A stretch of 62,065 nt of DNA, the filler included, from a bacterium (GTDB lineage Bacteria > JBDRGX01): NCBI GenBank assembly GCA_043817485.1. It is 3 parts of 3 records of this genome, joined end to end, with 100 filler letters (N's around TTAATTAATTAA, not from the genome) between each part and the next. Parts side by side here need not be neighbours in the genome. Positions count along the whole stretch, not along the records: positions 1 to 22,885 come from JBDRGX010000102.1; 2 more parts are not named here. One strand, 5' to 3'. Under the pieces are notes generated by a model that saw only the letters and a program-made list of their open reading frames with translations, searched no databases and had not been told where the DNA came from. Of the stretch, positions 1 to 10,094 are shown in pieces (positions within the stretch are counted from its first letter, which is position 1; each line of letters begins with the position of its first letter). Made by a program: the position numbers and the translations under genes.

Positions 1-205
1 CCTATAAACTCAATAAAAAAATAGAAAGTTTTTTAAACCAACGAGAATATGTGAAAATATGTTAATTTTTCAATCTAAAAAATTAACATTTTCACGTAGT
101 AAAAAATTAACATATTGACAAAGTAACAACAGTTTTTTTTATTTGTTTTTGTTTATATTTAATTTTTCTACTTAAATTATTTCTATCTAAATTTATATTT
201 TTTGA

Positions 206-1213
206 TTATACTTCTCTCCAATTTCTACTTTTTTCATTTTCTTGCCAATTACTTAAAAAACCTATTTTAAGAAGATCATGTAATCTAACTAATCCAATTG
301 GTATTTTTTTTAAATCAACAACAACTAAACAAGTAATATTATAATTTTCCATTAAGGATATGGCTTTAGCAGCTAATTCATTTTCATCTATTATTTTAGC
401 TGATTTATTCATTATTTCTTTTATTTTTTTGCTTAAAACATTATCATCTTTTTGCAATATTTTTCTTAAATCACCATCTGTAAATATCCCCGACATTTTT
501 TTTTGCTTATTTACTATTATTGCTACCCCAAAATTATAAGGATAACTCATTTTAAAAAGCACTTGTTTTACTTCTGAATTTTCATCAATAATTGGAATTT
601 CATTATTTTTACGCATTACATCTTTAACTTTTAAAAATATATGTTTTCCTAAACTACCACCCGGATGAAAAAAAGCAAAATCTTCTTTTTTAAAATTTTT
701 CTTTTTTAAAAGCACTATTGCCAAAGTATCACCCATAGCAAGTGTAGCAATAATGCTTGATGTGGGTGCAAGCCCTAAAAAACAAGCTTCTTTTTTAACA
801 GAAACATCTAAAACAACATCACTTTCTTTTGCTAAAGTAGAATTCAATTTACCAGTTAAAGAAATTAATTTAACACCCATAATTTTAAAAAAAGGTATCA
901 GTTTAATAATTTCTTCTGTTTCTCCGCTATTAGATATTGCAATTATACAATCATCTTTAGTTATTACTCCTAAATCGCCATGAGATGCTTCTGCTGCATG
1001 AAGAAATAATGCTGGTGTTCCAGTACTTGAAAGTGTTGCAGCAATTTTTCTACCAATTAAACCAGATTTTCCTAAACCAATAACTATTACTCGTGATTTA
1101 CAATTATATAATATTTCTATTGCCTTTTCAAAATTTTCATCTATTCGCGAAATAAGATTTTTAATAGCTTCTTGTTCAATTTTTAATATTTGTTGAGCTT
1201 GTTTTATAATCAA
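206..1213 (-). CDS. kdsD: KpsF/GutQ family arabinose-5-phosphate isomerase (SIS + 2 CBS domains)
   Basis: GLGKSGLIGRKIAAT, HGDLG, SNSGET and HPGGSLG motifs; C-terminal CBS pair; TTG start with AGAGG RBS; downstream of kdsA. Confidence 0.93.
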   Translation of the reverse strand: MIIKQAQQILKIEQEAIKNLISRIDENFEKAIEILYNCKSRVIVIGLGKSGLIGRKIAATLSSTGTPALFLHAAEASHGDLGVITKDDCIIAISNSGETEEIIKLIPFFKIMGVKLISLTGKLNSTLAKESDVVLDVSVKKEACFLGLAPTSSIIATLAMGDTLAIVLLKKKNFKKEDFAFFHPGGSLGKHIFLKVKDVMRKNNEIPIIDENSEVKQVLFKMSYPYNFGVAIIVNKQKKMSGIFTDGDLRKILQKDDNVLSKKIKEIMNKSAKIIDENELAAKAISLMENYNITCLVVVDLKKIPIGLVRLHDLLKIGFLSNWQENEKSRNWREV

Positions 1214-1234
1214 TAAACACCTCTTTATCTGGAA

Positions 1235-1336
1235 GTGCCAAGAATACCCCGTCTCTTAAACGGGGATGAATTGGCACAATAATAATATATTTTCCTTGCA
1301 GAGAAGATTCCTCTCCATTTATGCGAGGAAGATTCA
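1235..1336. mobile_element. Non-autonomous IS200/IS605-like relic with two hairpin ends
   Basis: GTGCCAA..CCCCGT-ctctta-ACGGGG..TTGGCAC nested hairpin (1235-1277) and a second imperfect hairpin CCTC..GAGG ending in TTCA; resembles IS605/IS1341 ends; no transposase between them. Confidence 0.5.
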
Positions 1337-2155
1337 TTTTTTTGAAATAATTTTATGAATTTCGATTACTTGCTTTAAAAGTTCTTCTAAATCTTTTAAA
1401 GCTAACATATTAGACCCATCACAAAGTGCTTTATCTGGATTTTTGTGTACTTCAAGAAAAATGCCAGAACATCCAGCAGCAACTGCTGCTTTAGTTAAAG
1501 GAAAAATAAATTCTCTATTTCCTCCAGAAAAACTACCTCCTCCTCCTGGTTTTTGAACACTATGAGTTCCATCAAATATAACTGGAAATCCAAATTTTTG
1601 CATTATAGGAATAGAACACATATCTACAACTAAATTATTATAACCAAAACAAGAACCTCTTTCTGTAATAAAAAGATTATTGTTGCCAGAACTTGTTATT
1701 TTTTCAACAATATTTTTCATATCCCATGGAGCCAAAAATTGAGCTTTTTTAATATTGATAACTTTTCCTGTTTTAGCCACAGCAACAACTAAATCTGTTT
1801 GTCTTGATAAAAAAGCTGGTATTTGAATTACATCTAATACTTCTAAAATTTTTTGAATTTCTTCTTTACAATGAATATCAGAAAGAATTGGTAAATCAAA
1901 TTCTTTTTTAATTTTAGAAAGAATTTTTAAGCCCTTTTTTAATCCTGGGCCTCTATAAGATTTTATAGATAATCTATTTGCTTTATCATAAGAAGATTTA
2001 AAAATAAAAGGAATTTTTAATTTTTCTGTGATTTTTTTTAGATTTTCAGCAATTTCAAGCATTTCTTGTTCTTGCTCTATCACACAAGGCCCAGCAATTA
2101 AAACTAAAGGACAATTTTCTCCTAATTTAATATTTTTAATTTTAATTTCTTGCAT
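1334..2155 (-). CDS. kdsA: 3-deoxy-8-phosphooctulonate (KDO8P) synthase
   Basis: IAGPCVIE, KSSYDKANR, QIPAFLSRQTD, ERG and DGTHSVQ motifs; start moved to ATG at 2155 after a GGGAG RBS. Confidence 0.96.
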   Translation of the reverse strand: MQEIKIKNIKLGENCPLVLIAGPCVIEQEQEMLEIAENLKKITEKLKIPFIFKSSYDKANRLSIKSYRGPGLKKGLKILSKIKKEFDLPILSDIHCKEEIQKILEVLDVIQIPAFLSRQTDLVVAVAKTGKVINIKKAQFLAPWDMKNIVEKITSSGNNNLFITERGSCFGYNNLVVDMCSIPIMQKFGFPVIFDGTHSVQKPGGGGSFSGGNREFIFPLTKAAVAAGCSGIFLEVHKNPDKALCDGSNMLALKDLEELLKQVIEIHKIISKK

Positions 2156-3429
2156 ATTTCTCCCTTTTTTTGCACAATATCTTTTATTCTTAACCAAACC
2201 AAATTCATAAATAAAATTTTGCTTATTTTTAATCTTCTTTTAGGTTCATTACTAATTTTGTAAGGATCATCACAATATTTTTTTAAATTTTCTAATTGTG
2301 TATCCCTTAAAAACATTTTTTTTATATTTTTTATATTTTCTTTATAAACATTATGTTGAGAAGAATTTAATACCATTAAAATTGTTTCAACTAAATTATC
2401 AACATCTTGATATTTAACTACTTTTCCTAATTGATATTTTTCTACATACTTTGCCATTATATCACCTTCAGTGCAAATAATGGGTAAATTGCACCAAATA
2501 TAATCTAAAATTCGAGTTCTTGAAGAATATTCTGTTTCAAGCGTATCATAATGTAAGCTTATACCTATATCTGCTTCTAATAAATAATTTTGTCTTTCCT
2601 CATACAAAACCCAATCTTCATTAAAAAAAACATATTTATTATATAAATTCAAATCTTTACTTAATTTAATAGCAGATAAACAAATTTGCATTTGAGGAAT
2701 TTCAGAATTAATTTTTGAAATTCCCATAAAAAACATTTTTATATTTTTATTTTTTTGTACAATTAAATTCATTGCATTAATTAAAGTAATAGGATCTAAC
2801 CAATTCCAAATGCCTCCTCCCCAAATTATTACTTTATCATTTTCATTAATTCCTGAATAAATTCCTTTTAAAACTTTTATTTTATGTTTTGGTTCTTCTT
2901 TTGAAATACCAGATGAAACAATATCAATCATATTTTTTTTTACAGTCAATGGATTTATTTTATTTAAAGCCATAAGCATTCCTGTCCAATAATCTTTTTG
3001 TTTTTCATTAGCACAAATAAAAAAATCTCCCAATAATAAACTATTTTTTATTTTTAATAAATCATAGTTATGAAGAAAAATTCGTTTTTTTAAATTTTCA
3101 TATTTAAAAAATTCTAAATTTTCAACATTAATAGAATCAAATAAATCTATAACAATATGTTGCTTTTTTAATTTCCATAAAAAAGAATATTTAGCAGCCA
3201 AAGAACAAGGAATTATAATTATATCTACAAGTGCAATAATTTTTTTTAAAGAATTTTTAGTATAAAAAACTATTTCAAAATTTTCATTTTTTAAAGAACT
3301 TTTATTAGGACAAGCCAATATAACAGAATGAAATTTAGATAAATATTTAGACATTTCTAAATAACGCATTCCAGGTCCAGCCATTTTTTTATCAACAATA
3401 CCTTCGCTTATAAATAATATTTTACTCAT
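2122..3429 (-). CDS. Glycosyltransferase, GT4-like
   Basis: MAGPGMRY N-terminus, WGGGIWNWLDP, ETEYSSRTRILDY; paralogue of 4081-5589. Confidence 0.8.
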   Translation of the reverse strand: MSKILFISEGIVDKKMAGPGMRYLEMSKYLSKFHSVILACPNKSSLKNENFEIVFYTKNSLKKIIALVDIIIIPCSLAAKYSFLWKLKKQHIVIDLFDSINVENLEFFKYENLKKRIFLHNYDLLKIKNSLLLGDFFICANEKQKDYWTGMLMALNKINPLTVKKNMIDIVSSGISKEEPKHKIKVLKGIYSGINENDKVIIWGGGIWNWLDPITLINAMNLIVQKNKNIKMFFMGISKINSEIPQMQICLSAIKLSKDLNLYNKYVFFNEDWVLYEERQNYLLEADIGISLHYDTLETEYSSRTRILDYIWCNLPIICTEGDIMAKYVEKYQLGKVVKYQDVDNLVETILMVLNSSQHNVYKENIKNIKKMFLRDTQLENLKKYCDDPYKISNEPKRRLKISKILFMNLVWLRIKDIVQKKGEICKKLKLKILN

Positions 3430-3430
3430 T

Positions 3431-4084
3431 TTATTTTCTTTCTATTTTAATCAATATTCCAATAATTATTATTAACAAAATAACATATAAAATTATAAAA
3501 TATGTATCTTTAGAAGCCTTTTTTCCAAAATCTTTACCTATATTTTTTAAAATGTTAAAAAATCCACTTTTTCCAGAAATTTTAAATGCCATATCAAAAT
3601 TAGTTTCATTATTATCAATTATCATTACACCATTTTTATATACATTATCATCTTGATAATATAAAGTAATAGCATTCCCAGAATAAGATTCTGGGGATTC
3701 TAAATAAAAAAAATACTTTTTATTTTTATTTGTTTTTACTGCAGGAAATTGAAAAGAAAAATATTCATTATCTTTAATTTGACTTGCATTAATTACTAAT
3801 GTTCTTAATGTTTTTAAATCTGAAATAGAAAAAATTTTTTCTGTTTCTAAATACCCAAAATGAAAAATAATATCTTTTGTATTTTGTCTATTGCAATAAT
3901 TAGCCATTAAAATTTCTATTTCAGAAATATCTTTTCCATTATAATAAAATGTTTGACCTATTTTTTTTGAACCACAAATTTCTTCTACATGACTATTTTC
4001 TTTTTCTTGAAATACATTTATAATCTCAGTATCGCAACCAGTTAAATAAAAACTTAAAATAATTAAAATTATCATTTTTTTCAT
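3431..4084 (-). CDS. Hypothetical lipoprotein/membrane protein
   Basis: Lipobox-like LTGC after a hydrophobic N-terminus; C-terminal hydrophobic helix; beta-rich body with IGQTF. Confidence 0.6.
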   Translation of the reverse strand: MKKMIILIILSFYLTGCDTEIINVFQEKENSHVEEICGSKKIGQTFYYNGKDISEIEILMANYCNRQNTKDIIFHFGYLETEKIFSISDLKTLRTLVINASQIKDNEYFSFQFPAVKTNKNKKYFFYLESPESYSGNAITLYYQDDNVYKNGVMIIDNNETNFDMAFKISGKSGFFNILKNIGKDFGKKASKDTYFIILYVILLIIIIGILIKIERK

Positions 4085-5589
4085 TTTTTTATTTTTTTCA
4101 ATATTTTATAAATAAATGAACATCTTACTTTTTCCACAAAAAGATTAGTATGATATAATCTTTCTTCTATGATAGAAATTTTTTCTTTCAAAAAAGATAT
4201 ATTATTTAAAATTTCATTTATCTGTTGTTTTTGTATATTATTTTCTTCTTTTTTTTGTTGAATTATATTTTTTATAGATTCTGTCAAAGAAAATTTTTTT
4301 TCAAAATCAGTTTTTTCTTGTTGATTTTTTTCTATCAAATTTACTTTCATTTTTTGATCAAAATTAATTTTTGGTTTTTTAGAAGAATTTTTACAAAATT
4401 CAATCAAAGGCTCTAATGCTTTATCCCAAACAAATTGACCTCTTATAAGAGCAATATTTTTGCAATATTGAGAATATAATTCTTTATTTTCTATCAATTT
4501 TAAAATTGCTTTTTCCCATCCATTTACATCTCCATAATCTATTATTTCTCCTAAAGAATTTTTTTGAACAAACTCACTTAAAACATCTCCTTTAGTAAGA
4601 ATCATTGGCAATTTAGCCCAAAAATAATCAAGTATTCTTGTTCTAAAAGAAAATTGCGTTTCCATTATAGAAAAATGAGCAGAAATACCTATATCTGCTT
4701 CTAATAAAAAATTTTGCCTATCTTCATAATTTATCCAATCTTCATTGAAAAAAACAAAATTATTATATAAACCCAAATCTATACTTAATTCTTTTGCTTT
4801 TTTAAACATTTGCATTTCAGGAATACCTGCTGGATGTTTTGTTCCTAAAAAAAGTAATTTTACATCGCGTCTTTTTTTTAATACTAAATTTAATGCTTTT
4901 ATAACAGTTAAAGGATCTAACCATTCCCAAATACCTCCAGCCCAAATTAAAACAAAATCTTTTTCATCAATTCCTCGATACACACCTTTTATTACTTGTT
5001 TAGAATGAATCGGCTCATTAGAAGATATTCCAAAAGGAACAACATTAATTAAATTATCAAAAGTTTTATTTTGCAAATAAAGTTTAGGATTTATTTTTCC
5101 TAAAATTGTGAACATTCCAATAAACAAATCTTTTTGCTTTTCATTTGCACAAAGAAAATAATCTCCTATTAATATTTTATTTTTCAAAGACATTAATTCA
5201 TCATTATAAAAATTTTCTTTTTGTTCTAAAGAAATATCTGCATTAATATTTAATTCTAAATTTTCAAAAGGCGTTGGGACATATAAATCAATAATTATAG
5301 GAATTTCTAAATTTTGTAAAAAATAATAACTTCCAATATTAACACTATTAAACAATAATACATCTGGATTTAAATCTTTAATAAAATTTTCCATTTCATT
5401 TGTATTTCCAAAATCTGCAAATTTTATTTCAAAAGAGCATTTTATTTTTGTTTTTTTACAAGAATTAGGTAATGCTAAAATTGTAAAAAAATGTTGGCTA
5501 AAAAATTTACACATTTCAAAACTTCTAATACCAGGCCCAGCCATTTTTTCACCAATTCTATCTTCACAAATAACTAAAATTTTTTTCAT
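4081..5589 (-). CDS. Glycosyltransferase, GT4-like, with C-terminal coiled coil
   Basis: MAGPGIRSFE, WAGGIWEWLDP, ETQFSFRTRILDY; K/Q/E-rich helical tail. Confidence 0.8.
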   Translation of the reverse strand: MKKILVICEDRIGEKMAGPGIRSFEMCKFFSQHFFTILALPNSCKKTKIKCSFEIKFADFGNTNEMENFIKDLNPDVLLFNSVNIGSYYFLQNLEIPIIIDLYVPTPFENLELNINADISLEQKENFYNDELMSLKNKILIGDYFLCANEKQKDLFIGMFTILGKINPKLYLQNKTFDNLINVVPFGISSNEPIHSKQVIKGVYRGIDEKDFVLIWAGGIWEWLDPLTVIKALNLVLKKRRDVKLLFLGTKHPAGIPEMQMFKKAKELSIDLGLYNNFVFFNEDWINYEDRQNFLLEADIGISAHFSIMETQFSFRTRILDYFWAKLPMILTKGDVLSEFVQKNSLGEIIDYGDVNGWEKAILKLIENKELYSQYCKNIALIRGQFVWDKALEPLIEFCKNSSKKPKINFDQKMKVNLIEKNQQEKTDFEKKFSLTESIKNIIQQKKEENNIQKQQINEILNNISFLKEKISIIEERLYHTNLFVEKVRCSFIYKILKKIKK

Positions 5590-5608
5590 TTATTGTTTTC
5601 TCCATTTA

Positions 5609-6676
5609 TTATTTTTCAAAATAAGTTTCTTTAATCTTTTTTTTTGCAGTATAAAAATTTTTTAAACTAATTACTGGTGAATTATCATAATGAAAAATAT
5701 TATATTGACCTATTTTAGAAGAAAAATTCCAAACATCAATATCTCTAACTTTTCTTTTTTTTTGAATCTTTTTTCGTTCTTTTAAAATATTTCTTATGTT
5801 GAAAATATAATATAGTAAAACACGCAGATGAACTATTATTAAATTTTTATATTGTCTTGATTTTATATACCAGTTAAAAGATGATAAATAATAAAAAGAA
5901 ATTATATTTTTAAAATCTTTTTTCAAATTAATCCATTCATAATTTTTTATAAATACTTGAAAATAATTTCTAATAAATAAATAAAATGAATATTCTGGAT
6001 TTTTTTTATCTCCACTTGATGCTCTATATTGATGATAAACAATAGATTGAGGAGATGTATAAAAAACATAACCTAAAATATTGGCTCTATATGAAACATC
6101 AAAATCCTCTCCATAACAAAAAAAATTTTCATCAAACATTCCAATTTCAATAAATTCATTTTTTTTAAATAAAACAGCAGAAAAAAGAGAACCAAATACT
6201 TGCTCTGAAAAATTAAATTGTCCTAAATCTAATAATCCTACACGATTATCTCTCCAATGATTTTTATAATTCCATATTACTCCAAAAGCATTAATTAATA
6301 AAGGAGCATCTTTAAATAAAAGTTTAGGAAAAACACCAATACAATTAGAAGGCTTTGTTTTTATTTCTTCAATTAAATTTAAAATACAATTTTCATCCAA
6401 AACAGTATCATTGTTTAATAAAAATAAATATTCTCCAGAAGCTTTTTTTACTCCTTTATTATTTCCCTTACAAAAACCTAAATTTTTTTTATTTTCAATG
6501 ATTATTATTTCAGGATATTTTTCTTTAATAAATTGAACAGAATTATCTTGTGATCCATTATCCACTAAAATAATTTCCATAAAAGAATATGTTTGTTTTT
6601 TTATACTTTCTAAACAATTTTTTAAAAGATTTAAACCATTGTAATTTAAAATAATTATAGAAACTTTTTCATTCAT
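5609..6676 (-). CDS. Glycosyltransferase family 2
   Basis: VSIIILNYNG, VDNGSQD, NLGFCKGNN, LLNNDT, EDFD motifs. Confidence 0.92.
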   Translation of the reverse strand: MNEKVSIIILNYNGLNLLKNCLESIKKQTYSFMEIILVDNGSQDNSVQFIKEKYPEIIIIENKKNLGFCKGNNKGVKKASGEYLFLLNNDTVLDENCILNLIEEIKTKPSNCIGVFPKLLFKDAPLLINAFGVIWNYKNHWRDNRVGLLDLGQFNFSEQVFGSLFSAVLFKKNEFIEIGMFDENFFCYGEDFDVSYRANILGYVFYTSPQSIVYHQYRASSGDKKNPEYSFYLFIRNYFQVFIKNYEWINLKKDFKNIISFYYLSSFNWYIKSRQYKNLIIVHLRVLLYYIFNIRNILKERKKIQKKRKVRDIDVWNFSSKIGQYNIFHYDNSPVISLKNFYTAKKKIKETYFEK

Positions 6677-8121
6677 TTTTTTATTAATTCCAGTTTAATT
6701 AAAATATCTATCATTTCATTAACTTCTTCTTGAGAAAGTTGAAATAAAATATTCATTTGTTCATGGATGGCATCAAAATTTATATTTGTTAAAAGATGCA
6801 AAAATGCTTTATCTAAATAAAATGTAAAACCATCTTTTCTTTTGTATAAATAATGATGCTCTTCTGAAATCCAATTTATTTTATTTAAATCTTCACAATT
6901 TGTTTTATATTTTTGCAGATTAAAAATATTTTGCTTATTTTTTATTATAATATCATATTTTTTTTCTAATTCTTTTGTTTGTTGTTCAATAGTTTTTATT
7001 TGTGCAATATCAATATTTTCTTTAAAATGAGATAAAATATCAGGATATTCTTTGATAACTAAATTAATACAAGAAATAAAACTATCAGCATCAAGAGTTT
7101 TAAAAATCAATCCATTTTTTAAATGTTTAATGATTTCTTCAGGCCCACCACAATCAGAAGCAATAACTGGAATTTTATATTGCATTGCTTCTCTTGTTAC
7201 TAATGAAAAAGATTCTCTCACAATAGAAGGAACTATAACCATATCAATAGAAGATAAAATTTCTTCTAATTTATTAGGAGAAAAAGAAGATAAAAATTTA
7301 ATATTAGTCGAACATTTTTTTTGTTCTTCTAAAGAAATTATATTACTATATCCATATAATTTTAATATCCAATTTTCATTTTTTATTTTTTGAAAGCATT
7401 CTAATAAAAAAAGAAAACCTTTAAGAGGATTTCCTCCTCCTAAATAACCAAATCTTACTACATTAGAAGTAATTTTGTTTAAATTATTTGGTTGATGAAA
7501 AATTCCATTTTCATTGACCAAAATATTTTCTGAATTAAATTTATTATCAATTAAAGAATTTTTAAGATAATTTGAAGGAACTAAAAATTTTACATTTTTA
7601 ATTACTTTTTGTAAATATTGGTATCTGTTTTGTAAAAAGTTTTTTTCTATTCCACAATTACAACTCTCAAAATTTATTACAGAAGAACAAACTTTTTGCG
7701 AAATAGCCATAAAAAGCCGTGGACACAACCACCACCAATCATGCATAGTAATAGTAAAAGGAATATTTTTCTGTTTAGCAATTTCTATAAGAGTAGCACC
7801 TAATCCTTGTAATGCATGAAAATGAATAATATCAGGATTAAATTTTTCTATAAAATTCATAAAATAATTATCAATTTGCGGATTATAATAATTTTCTATT
7901 TTATCTATATCAAAAAAAGAATAAGTATTAATAGAAGTTACTTTTACTGACTTATAATTATATTTTTTAAGGTGCAAAAGTGGCGAAGAAGGATCTATTC
8001 TGCCACAAAAAACTTCTACTTCATTTTTTTTTGCTAAAGCTTCAGAAATGTTTGCACATAAAATAGATGCTCCTCCTGTAAAATCTGGAACAAATAAAAT
8101 AATAACTTGTGCTATTTTCAT
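6673..8121 (-). CDS. Glycosyltransferase family 4
   Basis: PDIIHFH, TMHDWWWLCPR, VPSIVRESFSLVTREA, PVIASDCGG motifs. Confidence 0.9.
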   Translation of the reverse strand: MKIAQVIILFVPDFTGGASILCANISEALAKKNEVEVFCGRIDPSSPLLHLKKYNYKSVKVTSINTYSFFDIDKIENYYNPQIDNYFMNFIEKFNPDIIHFHALQGLGATLIEIAKQKNIPFTITMHDWWWLCPRLFMAISQKVCSSVINFESCNCGIEKNFLQNRYQYLQKVIKNVKFLVPSNYLKNSLIDNKFNSENILVNENGIFHQPNNLNKITSNVVRFGYLGGGNPLKGFLFLLECFQKIKNENWILKLYGYSNIISLEEQKKCSTNIKFLSSFSPNKLEEILSSIDMVIVPSIVRESFSLVTREAMQYKIPVIASDCGGPEEIIKHLKNGLIFKTLDADSFISCINLVIKEYPDILSHFKENIDIAQIKTIEQQTKELEKKYDIIIKNKQNIFNLQKYKTNCEDLNKINWISEEHHYLYKRKDGFTFYLDKAFLHLLTNINFDAIHEQMNILFQLSQEEVNEMIDILIKLELIKK

Positions 8122-8152
8122 TTTTCTCTCTAAATTGTAAAAAAATATTATT

Positions 8153-9104
8153 CTACAAAAATTTTAAAATTTCTTGTAATTCTTCTTGATGCTTTGTTTC
8201 TAATGATGTTATCTTCTCTTGTAATACATTTTCTATTTTATTTTCCTGTTCTAACTCTATAAAATTTAATAAAAGTTGAAAAAGATTTATTTTATAATTT
8301 GCTTGATTATCATCTTTTTTTTCATTAAATTCTTTCCCCATGATTTCAAAAACTGAATTTTCTTTTTTTTTTAGAAATTACAAATATATTTCTGTAAGAA
8401 GGAACCCTTCTATTTTCTTCAAAAAAATTCATATTATAAAATCTATCAATCATTGTATGCAAATAAAGAGAATCTGGTAAAGATAAAACATAATGCTTTA
8501 GAATCATCATTGTTAACCAACTAAATAAATATCCACTAGAAAATTCTAAATATTCCAAATTCATTTTTTTTAATAAATTTTTTAATTTTAGAATATCTGG
8601 AAGCCCATTTTTGATATGTTCTTCTAAAAAAGGATGTATTTTTTTAAATTTTTTAATATAAAATTCTCTTGAAATTTTTTCTACTAATTCTGTTTCTTGT
8701 TTTTTAAATGGAGCAATAATGATTACATAATCTTTTGCCACTCTAAGTAATTCTAAAATAAATTGTTCTCTTTTTTCTGAAGGAATATGTTCAAAAGTAT
8801 CACAAGAAGTAATAATTTCAATACTTTCATTTTTAAAAGGTAAAAATAAACCACTTCCTTTGATATAATTGTTATTATTTTTAGAATCTTGCATATCTAA
8901 AATATAAAAATGTGCATTTTGAATAAAATATTGAATAGGATAAATTTCTTCTCCTAAAAAAGGAAAATATCCACCTATATCTAATATTTTTGTAGTTATT
9001 TTATTTTTTTGTTCTCTAATAATAACTTCAATAATTTTTTGTAAATCCTTGTATCGACCATATAAATCAAAAGGGAAATCTAATGGATCAATTTTCATTG
9101 TCAT
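8153..9104 (-). pseudogene. Class I SAM-dependent methyltransferase, split by a frameshift in an A10 tract
   Basis: ILDIGG and DTFEHI motifs in 8346-9104; removing one base from the run at 8363-8372 fuses it in frame to ORF 8153-8341. Confidence 0.7.
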
Positions 9105-9157
9105 TTTTTTATTTCTTCTTTTTTTTTAATATTTCTGATTTCAATTTCATATCCTAT

Positions 9158-9931
9158 TTATATTTTTTTCATAAATTCTGTTTCTAACCGTTTAAAAATA
9201 AAACTTCCAAATAAATAAGTAATTAAAGATAATATTAAAAGCAATAACATTATTTTAATATCTATCATTATTCCATAATAAAAAATATTATGATACATTT
9301 CTATAATATAAGCCATAGGATTAAGTTTTAAAATCATTATCAATGGTCCTTTTTCTAATGTTTGTATAGGATAAATGATTGGAGTTAAAAAAAACCATGC
9401 TGAAATCACAATTTCTAAAATGTGAACTACATCTCTAAAAAAAATTGTTATACTAGAAAGAATTAAAACTAAACCAGACATAAATATTATTTGAATTATC
9501 AAAATTAAAGGCAAAAATAAAATAGAAAATGAAATAGAAATTTTAGCTATCCATAAAAATATTCCTAAAGGAATCAAGGAAAGGACATAATTAATTAAAT
9601 TCGTTCCAATAATAGATAAAGGAAATATTTCTTTTGGCACATATACTTTTTTTATCAATCCAGCATTATTTAAAATAGAAGAAGATGATTGAATTAAAGA
9701 ACTTGCAAAAAAATTCCAAGGCAATAAACCACATAATAAAAATATATGAAAATTTTTCATATCAAATCGCATGATTTGTGAAAAAACTATTGCATATATA
9801 AACATTAAACCTAATGGATTAAGAAATGTCCAAAAAAATCCTAAAAATGATTTTTTATATCGTAACTTTAAATCATTAGTAATTAAATTAAAAAATAAAT
9901 ATTTATATTGATATAAATTCTTTAAAATCAA
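9158..9931 (-). CDS. wzm: ABC-2 polysaccharide export permease (Wzm/TagG-like)
   Basis: DLKLRYKKSFLGFFWTFLNPL, LIKKVYVPKEIFP, FFLTPIIYP, LNPM; likely TTG start at 9931 after GGAGG. Confidence 0.9.
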   Translation of the reverse strand: MILKNLYQYKYLFFNLITNDLKLRYKKSFLGFFWTFLNPLGLMFIYAIVFSQIMRFDMKNFHIFLLCGLLPWNFFASSLIQSSSSILNNAGLIKKVYVPKEIFPLSIIGTNLINYVLSLIPLGIFLWIAKISISFSILFLPLILIIQIIFMSGLVLILSSITIFFRDVVHILEIVISAWFFLTPIIYPIQTLEKGPLIMILKLNPMAYIIEMYHNIFYYGIMIDIKIMLLLLILSLITYLFGSFIFKRLETEFMKKI

Positions 9932-9950
9932 AAAAACCTCCATAACGATA

Positions 9951-9995
9951 AAGAAAATTCGAAATCCGAATATCGAAATACAAATGTTCGAAATA
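9951..9995 (+). repeat. Dispersed heptad-repeat element copy (AAATTCG-AAATCCG-AATATCG...)
   Basis: Similar to the reverse complement of copies at 18967-19035, 32321-32395 and 56250-56296. Confidence 0.75.
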
Positions 9996-10094
9996 AAGAA
10001 AAAATTCATTTTAAATAGAATTCAAAATACAAAATTTAGAAGTCAGAATAGAAAAGATTACATCTAAAAATATAAATGTCAAGTTTTTTACTTT

